A DNA stretch of 63,807 bases, filler included, from Octopus bimaculoides (lineage: Eukaryota), in assembly GCF_001194135.2 (NCBI RefSeq). It is 6 parts of 6 records of this genome, joined end to end, with 100 filler letters (N's around TTAATTAATTAA, not from the genome) between each part and the next. Parts side by side here need not be neighbours in the genome. Positions count along the whole stretch, not along the records: positions 60,665 to 63,807 come from NC_068986.1; 5 more parts are not named here. One strand, 5' to 3'. This document shows positions 63,777-63,807 of the stretch, one piece after another. Under the pieces are notes generated by a model. The model saw only the letters and a program-made list of their open reading frames with translations. It ran no database searches and was not told where the DNA came from. Positions within the stretch are counted from its first letter, which is position 1. Every line of letters starts with the position of its first letter. A program made the translations under genes and the position numbers.

Positions 63777-63807
<31 letters not shown>

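Overview
This is AT-rich, microsatellite-saturated animal genomic DNA. The SINE/LINE repertoire and TTAGGG repeats point to an octopus (coleoid cephalopod); that assignment is inference, not a database match. Almost all long ORFs in the supplied track are microsatellite or N-run artefacts. Five identical 100-bp spacers (44N-TTAATTAATTAA-44N) split the window into six joined pieces, so adjacency across them is not evidence of linkage. Recognisable host coding sequence is limited to: three spliced + strand exons of an unconventional (class III-like) myosin motor domain (53707-59869); the stop-codon exon of eIF4H on the - strand (51482-51672), with a predicted 3'UTR intron and a duplicated downstream splice donor; and a heptad-repeat coiled-coil C-terminus emerging from a gap (32079-32234). 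A few orphan exon candidates are weaker. The rest is transposon-derived: RTE, R4/Dong-like, L1/Tx1-like and CR1/L2-like LINE fragments, Penelope-like elements, mariner relics and MITEs, several tRNA-derived SINE families and foldback elements. I found no clearly new multi-gene system. The best leads are a minimal hammerhead ribozyme with a non-canonical CUGUUGA core, a tRNA-like Pol III head directly behind a Penelope GIY-YIG ORF, a possible splice/NMD switch in the eIF4H 3'UTR, myosin codons one A-to-I edit away from consensus Arg, an ~820-bp palindrome and a GC-rich orphan insert in a mariner relic. Boundaries of repeats are approximate (read by eye); exon boundaries were counted base by base.
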